Shown piece after piece: positions 35,401-49,839 of a DNA stretch of 64,000 nt; position 1 is the stretch's first letter, and the number at the start of each line of letters is the position of its first letter. The notes beneath the pieces were generated by a model, which did not search any database, was not told where the DNA came from, and was given only the letters and a program-made list of their open reading frames with translations. The position numbers and the translations under genes are program-made. The DNA is from Eledone cirrhosa (lineage: Eukaryota): the NCBI GenBank assembly GCA_964016885.1, contig OZ024743.1, forward strand, positions 26,226,001-26,290,000, read 5' to 3'.

Positions 35401-38400
35401 TAGAGATGCCTACTGACTGTAGTAGGTTTTACTTTGTATTTAGGTAAGGCGGGTCTTCTCTATTACTGAGTTTCGCCAAAGATCTCGGTCCAGTGACATT
35501 GTCTTGGAGAGGTGTAAGTGTGTGAGGTCGGAGTTTATCAGGTCGTCCCAGGTTTTTCTGGGTCTGCCTACTCCGTGGCTACCGTCTATCTTTATTGCCC
35601 TGCACTTTTTTATACAGCTGTCGTCTTTCATGCGCATCACGTGACCATACCAACGTAGCCTTCTCTCGAGTAAACAACATCTGATCCCTCTTATTTCTAA
35701 TTTTTCCCTTAGTTCGTTTATGCTTTGCCGTTCGCGTATATTACTATTACACATCCAGCGGAGCATGCAAGCTTCGTTCTTCTCTAGTCTGCGTATATCC
35801 TCTGCACACAATGCCCAGGTCTCACTGCCATGCAACATTGCTGTTCGTATGCAGGCATCATACAGCCTGCCTTTCATTTTTAGGGAGAACTCTTTAGCGG
35901 CTAATAGTGGTATAAGCACTCTGACTCTAGCTACTGTACTTTCAGAGCACCCTCCTCCACTGCTGATTTTGTCACCCAGGTAATGGAAGCTGTCCACTAT
36001 TTCTATAGAACCCTCTGCGCAATTGAAAGAGCTAATATTTGTGGGCACTTGCTGCTACTTATTGCACCAGAGCACCGGCCACATGTAAAATCTATGTTCT
36101 TAGTTAGCTTACCTATGATCCCACTACATCTTTTATGCACCCATACTTTGCATTTGGGACATAAAATGGAGTTTCTACCTACGCCTTTCCTACACACTGA
36201 GCATGTTCATTTCCCGGAAGGGACCGGCGCCTTATTTTCTTTCCTACAAACTAGAACTTTAGTCTTAGCCAGGTTAATTTTAAGGCCTTTTGATTCTAAG
36301 CCGTGCTTCCATGTTTGGAATTTCTTCTCTAGCTCGACCATTGATTCAGCTATGAGCGTTAGATCATCTGCGTATAGGAGTTCCCATGGGCAGCCGGTCT
36401 TGAATATAAATAATGATTTCTACTTTAGACTCAAGGCCAGCAATTTTGTGAAGGGGGGAGTTGATTAAATCAACCCCAGTGCATTACTGGTGCTTTATTT
36501 TATCCTTGTAAGGATGAAAGGCAAAGCTAACTTTGGCAGGTTTTGAACTCAACATAAAGAGCCATAACTCTATGCTACAAAGCACGGTATATTATGCTCT
36601 ACTGATACTGCCAATCCACCACCATTTATAAATAGTATATAAAAATTAGCATTGTTCAAAAATAGTTTTTGTCTTAGAACCTCTAGTAAGGGGACTTATC
36701 TGTCAAACAAGTGACAGGTCATAATTTGAGCTCATTTGGGTCACATTCTGATTCAGTGTAGTCAGAACAACAAATATTCACCCAGTCATATTCATCATCA
36801 TCATCATACGTCCGCTCTTCCCTACTTGCAAGGTTTATATATATTGAAATATGAACTACCCAGTCGACTCTACCATATGATTTATAGTTGATAGTGATCA
36901 GATAATTATGTAAGGTAAAGCCTTTACCACAAAAATACAATAGTATATATCGAATAATGTAAATGTTAAAGAGTTAAGGTTGCCTAAGCTGTTGACTATA
37001 GTTAAGGAATATTTCATTTCAGTCGTGTTGTTTAGCCCTAGGTCAGCTCTGATTGACAAGCCTGACCATCCTGTCCTTTTTTTTCAGAACTACACTGTCC
37101 ATCATCATCATCATCATCATCATCGTTTAACGTCCATATTCCATGCTTGCATGGGTTTGGACGGGAGTTTTCCCACTTGAGGCAAGAGTGGTTGTCTTGC
37201 TAGCATAGGACTGTCTGGCGGGTTTTCTACGGCTGGATGCCCTTCCTAACACCAACCACATTTACAGTGTGGAACTGGGAGGTTTTTACCGTGTTACCTA
37301 CACGGCCACATTACAGCGTGGATTGTGTTTTTTTGTAGTGACACCTACACGACCTCATTTGTTTCGGCCTGGATGTTGTGGTACCAACATAACTTTACAT
37401 TGAAAGGGGTGGGGGTAGTGGGACGGGGGTGTATTTTGTTAGAGATGCCTACTGACTGTAGTAGGTTTTACTTTGTATTTAGGTAAGGCGGGTCTTCTGT
37501 ATTACTATGTAGCGCCAAAGATCTCGGTCCAGTGACATTGTCTTGGAGAGGTGTAAGTGTGTGAGGTCGGAATTTATCAAGTCGTCCCAGGTTTTTCTGG
37601 GTCTGCCTACTCCATGGCTACCATCTATTTTTATTGCCCTGCACTTTTTTATACAGCTGTTGTCTTTCATGCGCATCACGTGACCATACCAACGTAGCCT
37701 TCTCTCGAGTAAACAACATCTGATCCCTCTTATTTCTAATTTTTCCCTTAGTTCGTTTATGCTTTGCCGTTCACGTATATTACTATTACACATCCAGCGG
37801 AGCATGCAAGCTTCGTTCCTCTCTAGTCTGCGTATATCCTCTGCACACAATGCCCAGGCCTCATTGCCATGCAACATTGCTGTTCGTATGCAGGCATCAT
37901 ACAGCCTGCCTTTCATTTTTAGGGAGAACCCTTTAGCGGTTAATAGTGGTATAAGCACTCTGACTCTAGCTACTGTACTTTCAGAGCACCCTCCCCCACT
38001 GCTGATTTTGTCACCCAGGTAACGGAAGCTGTCCACTATTTCTATAGAACCATCTGTGCAATTGAAAGAGCTAGTATTCTGTGGGCACTTGCTGCTACTT
38101 ATTGCACCAGAGCACCGGCCACATATAAAATCTATGTTCTTAGTTAGCTTACCTGTGATCCCACTACATCTTTTATGCACCCATACTTTGCATTTGGGAC
38201 ATAAAATGGAGTTTCTACCTACTCCTTTCCTACACATTGAGCATGGCCATTTCCCGGATGGGACCGGTGCCCTATTTTCCTTCCTACAAACTAGAACTTT
38301 AGTCTTAGACAGGTTAATTTTAAGGCCTTTTGATTCTAGGCCATGCTTCCATGTTTGGAATTTCTTCTCTAGTTCGGCCATTGATTCAGCTATGAGCGTT

Positions 38401-41400
38401 AGATCATCTGCGTATAGGAGTTCCCATGGGCAGCCGGTCTTGAACTCCACTGTTATAGCCTGAACGGCAATAATAAATAATAGGGGGCTAAGAATGGAGC
38501 CCTGATGAACACCAACTTTTACGCTAAACTCTTCACTATATTCGTTGTTAATTCTAACCTTGCTGACTGTTTCTTTATACATGGCTTGTATAGCTCTCAC
38601 AAGCCATTCATCAACACCTAGTTTTCTAAGAGCCCACCAGATAATGGAACAGGGGACTCTGTCGAAGACTTTCTCCAAGTCGACAAAAGCTAAGTATAGG
38701 GGTTTACTTTTAGCTAGGTACTTCTCCTGTAGTTGTCGTACAATGAAAAGAGTGTCTGTGGTACTTTTGCCTGACAGAAACCCGAACTGCATTTCATCTA
38801 GATCAATTCTCTCTCTGATTAGTTGCGCTATTACTTTTTCTGTGACCTTCATGACCTGGTCAATTAATTTAATGCCTCTATAGTTACTCCTATCTTGGGC
38901 ATCTCCTTTACTCTTGTAGCAGTTAATGATGATGATGCTACGCCAGTCCTTCGGAACAACCCCATTCTGTATGACTTGGTTTACTATCCGGGTGACCATG
39001 GTGTGTCCCACCATTCCAGAGGCTTTCAGCATTTCAGCAACTATTTCCGAAGGCCCAGCCGCCTTACCCGTCTTCATATCTTTGATTGCCTTACTTATTA
39101 TACTACCTTCGACTAACACTGCTGGTCCCTCTATTGGGTCGATGTGGGGGAGACTGTCGTTCTCCCATTTATTCTCCTCATTTAGTAGCCTTTCGTAGTG
39201 ACACTTCCAGGCTACCTTCTTATCAGCGTCAGTGATGGCAAGTACACCATCATCATTAAGTACACACTTCTCCCCGACAATATCATGGTTTTCCTTGACA
39301 CATTGCCTAGCAATCCTGAACACCTCGCGTTGTAGAACATGCTTGAACTTTCTTTCCTCTGCTTCCCTTCTTGCGAAGTACACTTGTCTCCTAGCTTCCC
39401 TCCTGGCCACTTGATATTCTGCTCTACTTCCCCCATCCCGCCATACTTTCCAAGCCTTCTTTTTGGCCTTAATTGACTCCTCCACCTTACTGTTCCACCA
39501 CCATGTTATTCTCCTCCTGCCTATAGGCCTGCTCCAGCCAGAGACTTCGTCTGCAGCCATCAGCAGGTTTGCTTTCAGGAATTCCCACTGTTCCTCTATA
39601 TTGTACGACTCTAAATGCTCTTCCTTACTGTCCAATGTATCCTTTTTATATTAACAGTGGTAGTATGTGATTAGAAGAAAACTTGGCTATTATTCCTAAC
39701 TGGAGGAGCAGCCACAGAGAAGATCTCATATTAGATTCTTTAGAGGAAAAAATAGTAAAAGTGAATACCTTATAAACTACAGGTCTACAATCGAATGAAT
39801 TAACTTCACCATCTAGACTTGTAATCTTTATTGATTTGCTTACAAAAGGAGTAAAAAATTAGGTTAATTCATACATATATAAAAGTATTTTGTTTCATTC
39901 TATAGTTGGTTTTTATTTATCATCTATTTGCAGATCGTGAAGAACTACAAGAACTTGACCTTAAGCTAAAGGATGAAAGAAAGCAAGCTAGTGAGAAGGT
40001 GGGTAAATTTTATATGATTTTCATGGGTTTTAAGACAGAAAACAATTTTAAGCTGTAATTTTCAGAGAGAAAAAATAAATGCTATGAAAATCAAGATATC
40101 TAACTCATCAATGTCAAACTGTTTTTATCAATAGTAATCATTGTCATCATTTCCACGCTAGCATCGGTAGGACGAGTGTCCCATTGTGTAAGAGCCAGGT
40201 CGAAGGACCATATTTCGCTCAAACAGAACTGATTTTGGCTTGGTTTCTATGGCTGGATACCCTTCCTAATGCCAACCACATTTACAGTGTGTGCTGGGTG
40301 CTTTTTGTCATGTTGCCATTTTGATCCAATCTGGCCTGATCTGGTCTAGACTGATCCAATCCAGCCTGGTCTGATCCAATCCTGCCCAAACAGGTCAAGA
40401 GCAATCCAATCCTGCCTGATCCTAACCTGTTCCCATCTGTTTGGGACTGATCCAAACTGTTCTCGTCTGATCCAATCTAGTCTGACTCGATCTGATCCAG
40501 TCCAAACTTGTCATCTGGCCTGATCTGATCTAATCTGGTCTGACTTGATCTAATCTGGTTTGGATCAATCCAATCCAGTCCAATTCAATCTGCTCTGATC
40601 CAATCTGATTTGATCCGGTCTGATCCAGTCTGGCCTGCTCTGGTTTGATTCAATCAGAGAAGGAGAAGGATGAACTGCTAGGTTTAAGATGCCCAAGACA
40701 TGCTGTTTGTCAGAACAGACCCGCCCGACTCTATCGGGAGTTATGAGCCCTCTATATATATATAGAGAGAGAGAGAAAGACAGATGTAAAACAGTTTAAG
40801 TCAGTGTTGCAGCATATGTACAAACTTTATTTGTATATCACAATTGTTTCGATATCAATCAGTTCAGGGTACAATCAAGGTAACGGGGCCTAAATCTTTT
40901 TGAGATCTCATCAGATACGTGGGCTTATATCTGCAAAGACACATCTAAACTGTACACTACAGCTGTAACACTGGAATTCAACCCAAACTGCATTGAATGG
41001 AAGAATGTGAGATGATCTGAATTGAAGATAATGAGATGTGATGATGATTAGCATAGATAAGTATTAAATATGTCACAAGGTTTGACAGCTTTGTTATAAA
41101 CATAACTAGATAAAATAGATAATGTGAAGCATGTTATTGTTACTCCTATCACAGAGAATGAACTGTTTTCTCAATATCAGCTGTCATTTGAAATAATAAA
41201 TTATTTAAATCCATAGCACACTTGATACTTATTAATTAGTCTTCATAGGTATAGGTATTAAAAATATATCTGCTGGTTTTCTCCTATAATGTAGTTACTT
41301 ATTGGACTCCTTGTGGTTTTCTCTAGAGTTGAAAGCTACATACACAGAGACCATACTGGCAATGTAAAGCTTCTGACTGAAATACCTCAGCTTGTATCAA

Positions 41401-44400
41401 ACACATTTTCCCAAAATAGAGATTACTAAAACAAATAACAAAAAAAATGAAACCAGTGCAGCCAGAATAGTAAGGACAGGAAGGATGTTGAGACTATGAA
41501 AATTTTTCAGATTGAAAAGGAAAAGAAAGTGGAATTATGAAGCTAGTGAGTCTGATCAGCATGGCAGACAGCTGAGTGATGGGAAATATTATGAAATATC
41601 CTTTGGAGAACATAACCAACTTGGTTGGAATTTACAATGTGCTTCAACCCAGCCAATCATAAAGGTGGGGATGGAGTAGCACCATTGTTGGAGCACATTC
41701 TAACCACATGAAAGTCATTCCTAGCTGCATAACCAACTCTTAAATATATTTGCTGAAGAAACCATGCCAGAACTGAAACATATTTTAGAGAGATGTAGGA
41801 GGACAGTAGCTTGGATTAAGTACTGACATTAAGTACTGACAATCCAGCCCATGCCAGCATAAAAAAACACATTAAATTGGTGTTGAGGATAAGGATTTAA
41901 ACAGTAATGAAAGCAACATAAATACCTGTGGTTTTCCAATAGGATAATGGCAAAAAACAATGAAGAGAGTGTCTAAAATGATTAAAAATTTAGGAGTGAT
42001 TCTTTACAATCATTATTAGAACACGGTGAATTGGCAGTATAGCGGAGAACTCGTGTGTATGAATGTAACAAGGAGACATCGTTTGTGTGTATAATATTTA
42101 ATCAACAATTTAACAGTATAGTTGACATGTCAATGAATAAACGAAAGAATGAAGCAAAGTTAGTCGTTACCGTTTTGATTGCCAGGCAAACGCGGCTGGC
42201 AGAAGACGGCTGGCTAAGGCCAGGCGCCGGAAGGGCAAATGCGAGAGTGAGAACTTAAAGTTGTTAGTTTTATAGGGTTCTGACCGGAAGTTACAGAAAG
42301 GGTTCTACTTCCCGTCTAGATGTTGTTAATCTATTGGGGTTGTGAGTCACAACACCAAAGTTTCACATGTGCGTGTGTGCGTTTCTTTGACTGAGTATTT
42401 TCATAGTTTGTCAATAAATTTGCTGTGTATTCGTAATGTTACTCACACAACACCAGATTCTGCTATTTTTTTTTTTTTTTTCGGAGTGACCACTTATAAC
42501 AATGAACGGCTGCGTGTTCGTATCACGTCAGGGTTACCAATATAGCGGAGAACTCATGTGTATGAATGTGACAAGGAGTCATGGTTTGTGTGTATAACAT
42601 TTAATCAACAATTTAACAGTATAGTTGACATGTCAATGAATAAACGAAAGAATTAGGCAAAGTTAGTAGTTACCGTTTTGATTACCAGGCAAACGCAGGC
42701 TGGCAGAAGACGCCTGGCGAAGGCCAGGCGCCGGAAGGGCAAATGAGAGAGTGAGAACTTAAAGTTGTTAGTTTTATAGGGTTCTGACCGGAAGTTACAG
42801 AAAGGGTTCTACTTCTCTTCTAGATGTTGTTAATCTATTGGGGTTGTGAGTCACAACAAGGGAGGCAACTGCTACAGCAGTATTGGTAGAGGGGCGGACG
42901 CCATGCTTTGATGTATAGAGTTACGGTCCTTCCCATTCTGAGTTCAAATCCCGCTAAGGTTAACTTTGCTTTTCATCCTTACGGGGTCGATAAAATAAAG
43001 TACCAGTAATGCACTGGATAATTGCTGGCCTTGAGCCAAAAGTAGAAACAATTATTAGAAGGTCTATTATTTAATTAACTGTTGTTACATGTTGATAACG
43101 TTTCTAACACATTTGTACATATAATTAGGCAGTGAATTGGCAGTCGTTAGAATGTCAGATAGAATGCTTTGTGGTATTCATTCTGGCTCTCTGCGATCTG
43201 AGTTTAAATCCCACTGAGATCAACTCTGCCTTTCAAATTTTCGAGGTCAATAAAAAAGGTACCAGTCTAGTACTGGAATAGATTCTTCCTCTATATCTCT
43301 TTCTCACTTCCTCTCTCTCTCTCACTTTCCACTCTTCTCTGGAAGAAATTTGCTGTATTCGGACCTGGAGAAGGATGGGCTCTGCCAGGCTTAAAATGCC
43401 TAAGAAACAGCATATGTCATTATGACGCACCAATGACTGCATTAGGAGTTACGGGACTATGTCAAACATATAATATCCATGCCATACCATGGTATGGATT
43501 ATTAACTCCTGATGGAGTCATGGGAGTACCATATTGGACATTTAAACCTGATGGAGCCCTTCCCTCTCCATGCTGGAACACAATCGATTTTTTTTTCCAG
43601 AGATAAAGTATAGAAATAGAGAGAAAGAGCTAGGGAGAAGTAAGAAAGAGATATAGAAGAAGAATCAGCTCCAGTGATACTTATAATTAGTGACTTTAGA
43701 AATCATAAAAAATGTAGATATAAAAAATATATATTTGTGACATCCATATTTTTAGTATATCCATTATCCATAGTTCGGGCTCATGTGCCCTTAAGCATGA
43801 TAAAACAAGAATTAAACAGTATAGCGAAGGGAAAAGGCTTGAACTAACAATGTCAAAATCTGACCTCGTGTAAACAGTAGTTCATTAAATTTCCATTTGG
43901 TGGTTGACAGATGTGAGATAAGTCTTTCCGACAAAGCACCTTGATGAAGTTATAACTTCTACCTTGCTATGATTCACAGATCAATCAGGACCAGCTGTTG
44001 CTTGACACAATTGAATTATTCCACTTGTACAATGTATATATACCCTAACAGCTGTCTTTGCCATTCATGCCTCCTCCAGTACCATTCCTTAGCTACTCCC
44101 CTCTAAAGCCCTTAGATACTCTCACTATCCCACCCTAGTAACTACTCTCTCTACCCCATGCACCCTCTTCACTGATACCCCTTAGCTATCTCTCCATCAA
44201 TACCCCACACACACACCACTACATTCCCTCTTCCCATATACTATTAGTCACCCCCTCCCCTTTCCTCATCACCCTCCTTATTTTACCACATACACCTATA
44301 ACTTCATACTCATCTCCCTCCCCAGAGCAGGTCATTCAGTTGGAATTATAACCAACAACCTCTCTAGTGATGGTGCCATAAAAATGCATGAAATACACCC

Positions 44401-47343
44401 ATTCAATGTTGAAATCAGTGGAGATCTATTCCACTTTATTAACCCTTTTGTTGCTGTATATCTAATGAAATACACTGCCTCTGTGTTTCAATTAATTTTG
44501 GAAATAACCAAAATTTTGGAGGAATTTAATAAAATGTCTAAGTTTTTTTACTAGTAAGTTGATAATTAGAATATTACACAAAAATTTCTAATTTAAAATT
44601 ATGATGAAAGATTTGATATAAGGACACACATTTTTAGATGAGTAGTTTTGTTTTATAAACCAAGGGCAGTTTCAGATGATTTGGTATCAAAAAAGTTAAG
44701 CAGTAACATTACTTTTTCTTCAGGGTCTCTTCTATGCTGGAACCTTCTTGTTCTTGGTTGAAAAATATGATAAGGCAAAAGAATATGTTGACCGAGCACT
44801 AAAACTAAATGACCAAAACAAACAGGTGAGTTTCTCTGGAAGCTGGGCTTTTTTTCTCAGATTTTTGATCATTTTTGTTGCATCTATTATTTCTATATTA
44901 AAGTTCGACAAAAAAAAAAATCTATAAAATAAGTACCAGACCTGAAAAAACGGGTACTGGGGTCGATATGATTGGTTAAATCAAGGTGGTACTGTAGAAT
45001 GGTCATAGTCAAATGACTGAAACTAGTAAAAGAATATATGGTGTGAAGGATGATCTTTTTAACTGGTTGAAGTCCGTCATTCTCAGTCGAAGAGAGGTAG
45101 TCACGGTTCTGGGACAGCATTCCTCACCATATGAGATGTCATCTGGTGTACCACAGGGATCTGTTCCTGGTCCCCTTTTGTTTGTGGCATATATTAATGA
45201 CATAGATGCCAACTTAAAGAATTCCACAGTACTAAAGTATGCAGATGACATCAAGCTGTACCTTGAGATAAAAAGGACAGATCCTGAACACTATAGATCT
45301 TGCTTGCAGTCTGACCTGGACACAATGCAACAATGGATCTCAGACTGGCAACTCAAGCTAGCTGTGGACAAGTGCACTACCATGCATTTTGGGAGTAAAA
45401 TCCCAGCGTCCACATACTCCATCCACAGCACTAATATCAAGAAGTCTTCTTGTGAACGTGACCTGGGCATTACGGTCAGCAGCGATTTGCTTTGGACGAA
45501 GCACGTCTCTAAAATTGTCAAGAGGACCGAGTGTGTCTTCGCATCACTCAGCAAGACCTTTGTCAGCCGCTCTCCAGCTATCTATTTAAGGCTGTACATG
45601 GCTATGGTGCGGCCACACTTAGAATTTGCATCACAGTCTGGAACCCCTATCTTGCTCAGAACATTGACCGCCTGGAAACTGTTCAGAGACGTGCAACCAA
45701 GCGAATACCCTCCATCAGGCATCTACCATACTCTGAGCACCTTGCTTCCCTGGGCATGGATACATTGAAGCTCCGATGCCTGGCAACTGACTTGGTAAAC
45801 ACCCACAAAATTGTTAACCATCTTGCCAACAACAACCCTGAGTACCTTTTTGATATCCATGTGTCTAACACATGTGGGCATGCCCACAAAGTCAGAAAAC
45901 AGTACAGTTCCCATGACTTTCGGAAACATTTTTTCACGCTCAGAGTTGCTGAAGCATGGAATAAACTACCTGCATTGGTTGTTAGCTGTCAAGACACTGC
46001 ATCCTTTAAGGCCTCCATGCTTCCCGAGATTCGCCAACACTACACCTAATGTTCCTCCTCCATACACATACACACATGTATATCATGACTCATACACTAT
46101 TCACTTCCCTGACATTTGTGTATTATTCTATGTACTATACATGCACCTTTGACGAGTTGTAGTGCACCTGAGCATGTTACACAATAATTTCATTATATAT
46201 ATCATTATATATAAGAACACCAAGTCTTGCCATGTATCTAGATACCTTTCACATTCAAGGCATTATATTGTTACTTCTGATTAACTTTTAACATCCTGTG
46301 AAACCACATTAGCAAGACTTTCTTGAAAAGTACATAATAGGACATCACATTAAAAATTAAAGTCTGTAAATAACACTGTAAATTTTCACTAGCCCATGTT
46401 TAGAGATTCCTTGCTAAATCGTTACAGGATATTCAGAGTTAATATTCTGTGAAAGGAACTTATTACTGCCAACAGGAGTAACAACTATCATTTAAAAACA
46501 ATCACAGAAACATGATTTTTTGCTTTACTTTCATAAAGAGTTGAAAGTAAATATTCAGGGTACACTTTCCATTTAGGTTTTGACTCTAAAAGGATGGCTG
46601 GAACTGGAATCTGGCAAAGATCCATATGGTAAAAAAGCTTGCAAATATTATGATGAAATTGTTCGAATGTAAGTGCATTTTTTTTTTTGTTTTGTTTTGT
46701 TTTGTTTCAAATAAAATTACCCCAAGATCAGTATTAACATCCATTGTTTTGGCAGGAATATTAAAGAAAATAACTCAGCTATTTTAAATATTCACAAATT
46801 TACTACAAATAGAAATTGTGCCAAAACATTGATATGATTCATTTCAGTAAATTAGGTCCCTAACGTTTACCTATGTACTATATGGATTTCAAAATAACAC
46901 ATTCCTTACAAATACATGCATTTACAAACCTTTCATAGAGACCAAGTACATTCTCTGTATAGCCATGGCATCATCATAAAAACTGATGTTCTTGTGCTGG
47001 TTAAATCAATTTGAGTTTTATAGTTTTATGTCTATCACTACATTTAACCAACCATCACTATCCATCACCACCCAACCACAATATATCCTATAAATGATTC
47101 TGTCCTACTAGTGAATTACTTTAGAATGCTAAATAACTTACACTTACAACTATATAAAAACACATGTTGATGCCCAACTTATCATACACCTCTGAGTCTG
47201 CTCGGAACCCTGATTAATCTAAATCCCAAACAGCCAATACTGGCTGAGGGATATGAGTCCAGTAAGACAACTTCTCTAGTGCTTAGTTTTTGACTCATAA
47301 CGAACTCTGCAGTCAAACTGAAGTATTCACATGGAAGATTTCA

Positions 47344-47381
<38 letters not shown>

Positions 47382-47717
47382 TCATCATCATTTCATTTTA
47401 CGTCCGCTTTTCCCTGCTAGCAAGGGTGGGACGGGAACTGATTCTGGCTTGATTTCTACAGCTGGATGCCCTTCCTAACACCAACCTCATTTACAGTGAG
47501 TGCTGGGTGCTTTTTTGCCGTGGCACCTCCACGACCACTTTGCAGTGGAATGATATGGACCCCCAGTCCCTATCATCTCATTTCTACAGCTGAGTAAACT
47601 GGAGCAATGTGAAATAAAGTGTCTTGCTCAAGGAAACAACACATCACCCGCTCTGAGAATTAAACTCACAACCTTTCGATTGCAAGCCCAATGCTCTAAC
47701 CATTAAGCCATGTGCCT

Positions 47718-47779
<62 letters not shown>

Positions 47780-49718
47780 ATGTATGTAGATAAAAGCAAG
47801 ATTGTTTTTTTTATATATCTTTAAACTTATTCATTAACTCCAAAACGTAAATTTAATTTAATTAGGTTTCATTAAATTCCAATTTTTAATTTAATTACAT
47901 ACTCCCATTTCATTCCATTCCATCATAATTACTTGATTAATGTCCTAATAAATATTAAACTCTAATTTAAGTTAAACATTAACCATACTAATGCCACTAA
48001 TACTTATATTACTCTAGTTTAGCTCTCTATGACTTATACAATGTTTTTCAATGACTTGATAAGAGACTGAAGACGGATTTATTTTTATTATTCACAGTTG
48101 TATAAATATCATTACAAATCTTTATAGAATGTTTCTTGCTTCTCCTTTGGGTATAATAAAAATATGTGAATAGCTTGTAAAGGGTTCATGAAGCTTATTT
48201 AGTTTATGCTATCCACTGTTGATGGAAATCAAAATGTCCTTGTCCAAGACCAAAATGTTGATATCATACTTCTGTATTATTTGCAGAAAAATTAGAAAAG
48301 CAATCCCTGTCTCATACTTGGTTCGGTGCTGACACAAATCAAATTGTTATCATCTATTATGGTTCTGTTATTTGACATTATTTAAAATAATGTATTTTGT
48401 TCTATAATACATTTGTGTTCATTTCTTCTACAACAGGCCTGATGCTGCTGGTGAGGTCAATGCCTTTTTAGGTTTAATTCAATGTTTTATAGCCCGCTGC
48501 AGCTTCAACAAAGCATTAGAAATAGCTAATCAGCTCATTGTTGGTCGTTCCGATTTTCTTCCAGCCCTTGAGGAAAAAATGAAGATACAGCTAGCTTTGA
48601 AAGATTGGGATCAATCAATAGAAACTGCGTACATGTAAGTTGTGATCTTTTCAGTAAAAAAAAAAGTGGGTGAATTAAATTCTATCAGTTGTCACTCTAT
48701 TTCTAGTTTTTTCTCTCCTAGTTATTCCTCTGTACTGATCTATCAAATGAGAATATGAGGCAGTGAATTAACAAAGTCCTTAGAGAAGATCTTCTTTTAT
48801 ACTTATTAGCACTTTAGTTTAGGCTAAGTTTACTCTCAGCCCTTGTGATTCTAATTTCTGTTTCCTTAGTCGGAACTTATTCTCTAGTTCTTTTATGGAT
48901 TCAACTATAAGGACCAGGTTCTCCACATAGAGAAGTTCCCATAGACAACCAGTTATTAACATGGTTATAAATATTTTTGTGAAGGAAAGTTTGAATGGTT
49001 TATGAATAGAAAGGGTACCCAGCTGCAAAACAATTACCCCAACCAAAAACCAACCTATGCTAGCATTGAAAAAGAGATGTAAGACACTACGACATTAGTT
49101 TTGTCCTGTGTCTGAATATACTGTAAATATTGCCATTATTAGCTTTTGGGGGGTTTGGATTGGCAGTATCCGTAGAGGGTCGGACACCATGCTTTGCAGT
49201 ATAGAGTTACGTCCCTTTATGTTCTAAGTTCGAATCCTGCTGAGGTTAACTTTGCCTTTCATCCTTACGGGGTCAATAAAATAAAGCACCAGTAATGCAC
49301 TGGACTAATTGCTGGCCTTGTGCCAAAAGTAGAAACAATTATTAGCTTTTAATTAAAGCATTCATGAAAATGAAATAGCTGTCCATTTCACTGGCCAACA
49401 AAAACAAATCCTGTTGTCTTGGATATTAAACTACTTGAAAAATATGTAAGACCATAATCTTGTATATTTATGTAATCATTCTTGATATTATTGTGGTTAT
49501 GTTTCATTGATTTTGCTGTATTTCAGAGCTCTAGATATTGATGAATACAATATTGAAGCATTAACCATACTTACTCTCTACAATCTGTGTTGTTTAGGAG
49601 ACTATAATGAGGTAAGTGAAGTATCCATTCTACTACTACTACTACTACTACCACCGCTACTACTATTACTACTACTACCACCGCTACTACTATTACTACT
49701 ACTACTACTACTACTATC

Positions 49719-49750
<32 letters not shown>

Positions 49751-49808
49751 CACTACTACTACCACCACTACTACTACTACCACCACTACTACTACTACCA
49801 CCACCACC

Positions 49809-49839
<31 letters not shown>

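Noticed and set aside
48066-48110. CTGAAGA hammerhead core
   Set aside because: No stem II partner or GAAA downstream.
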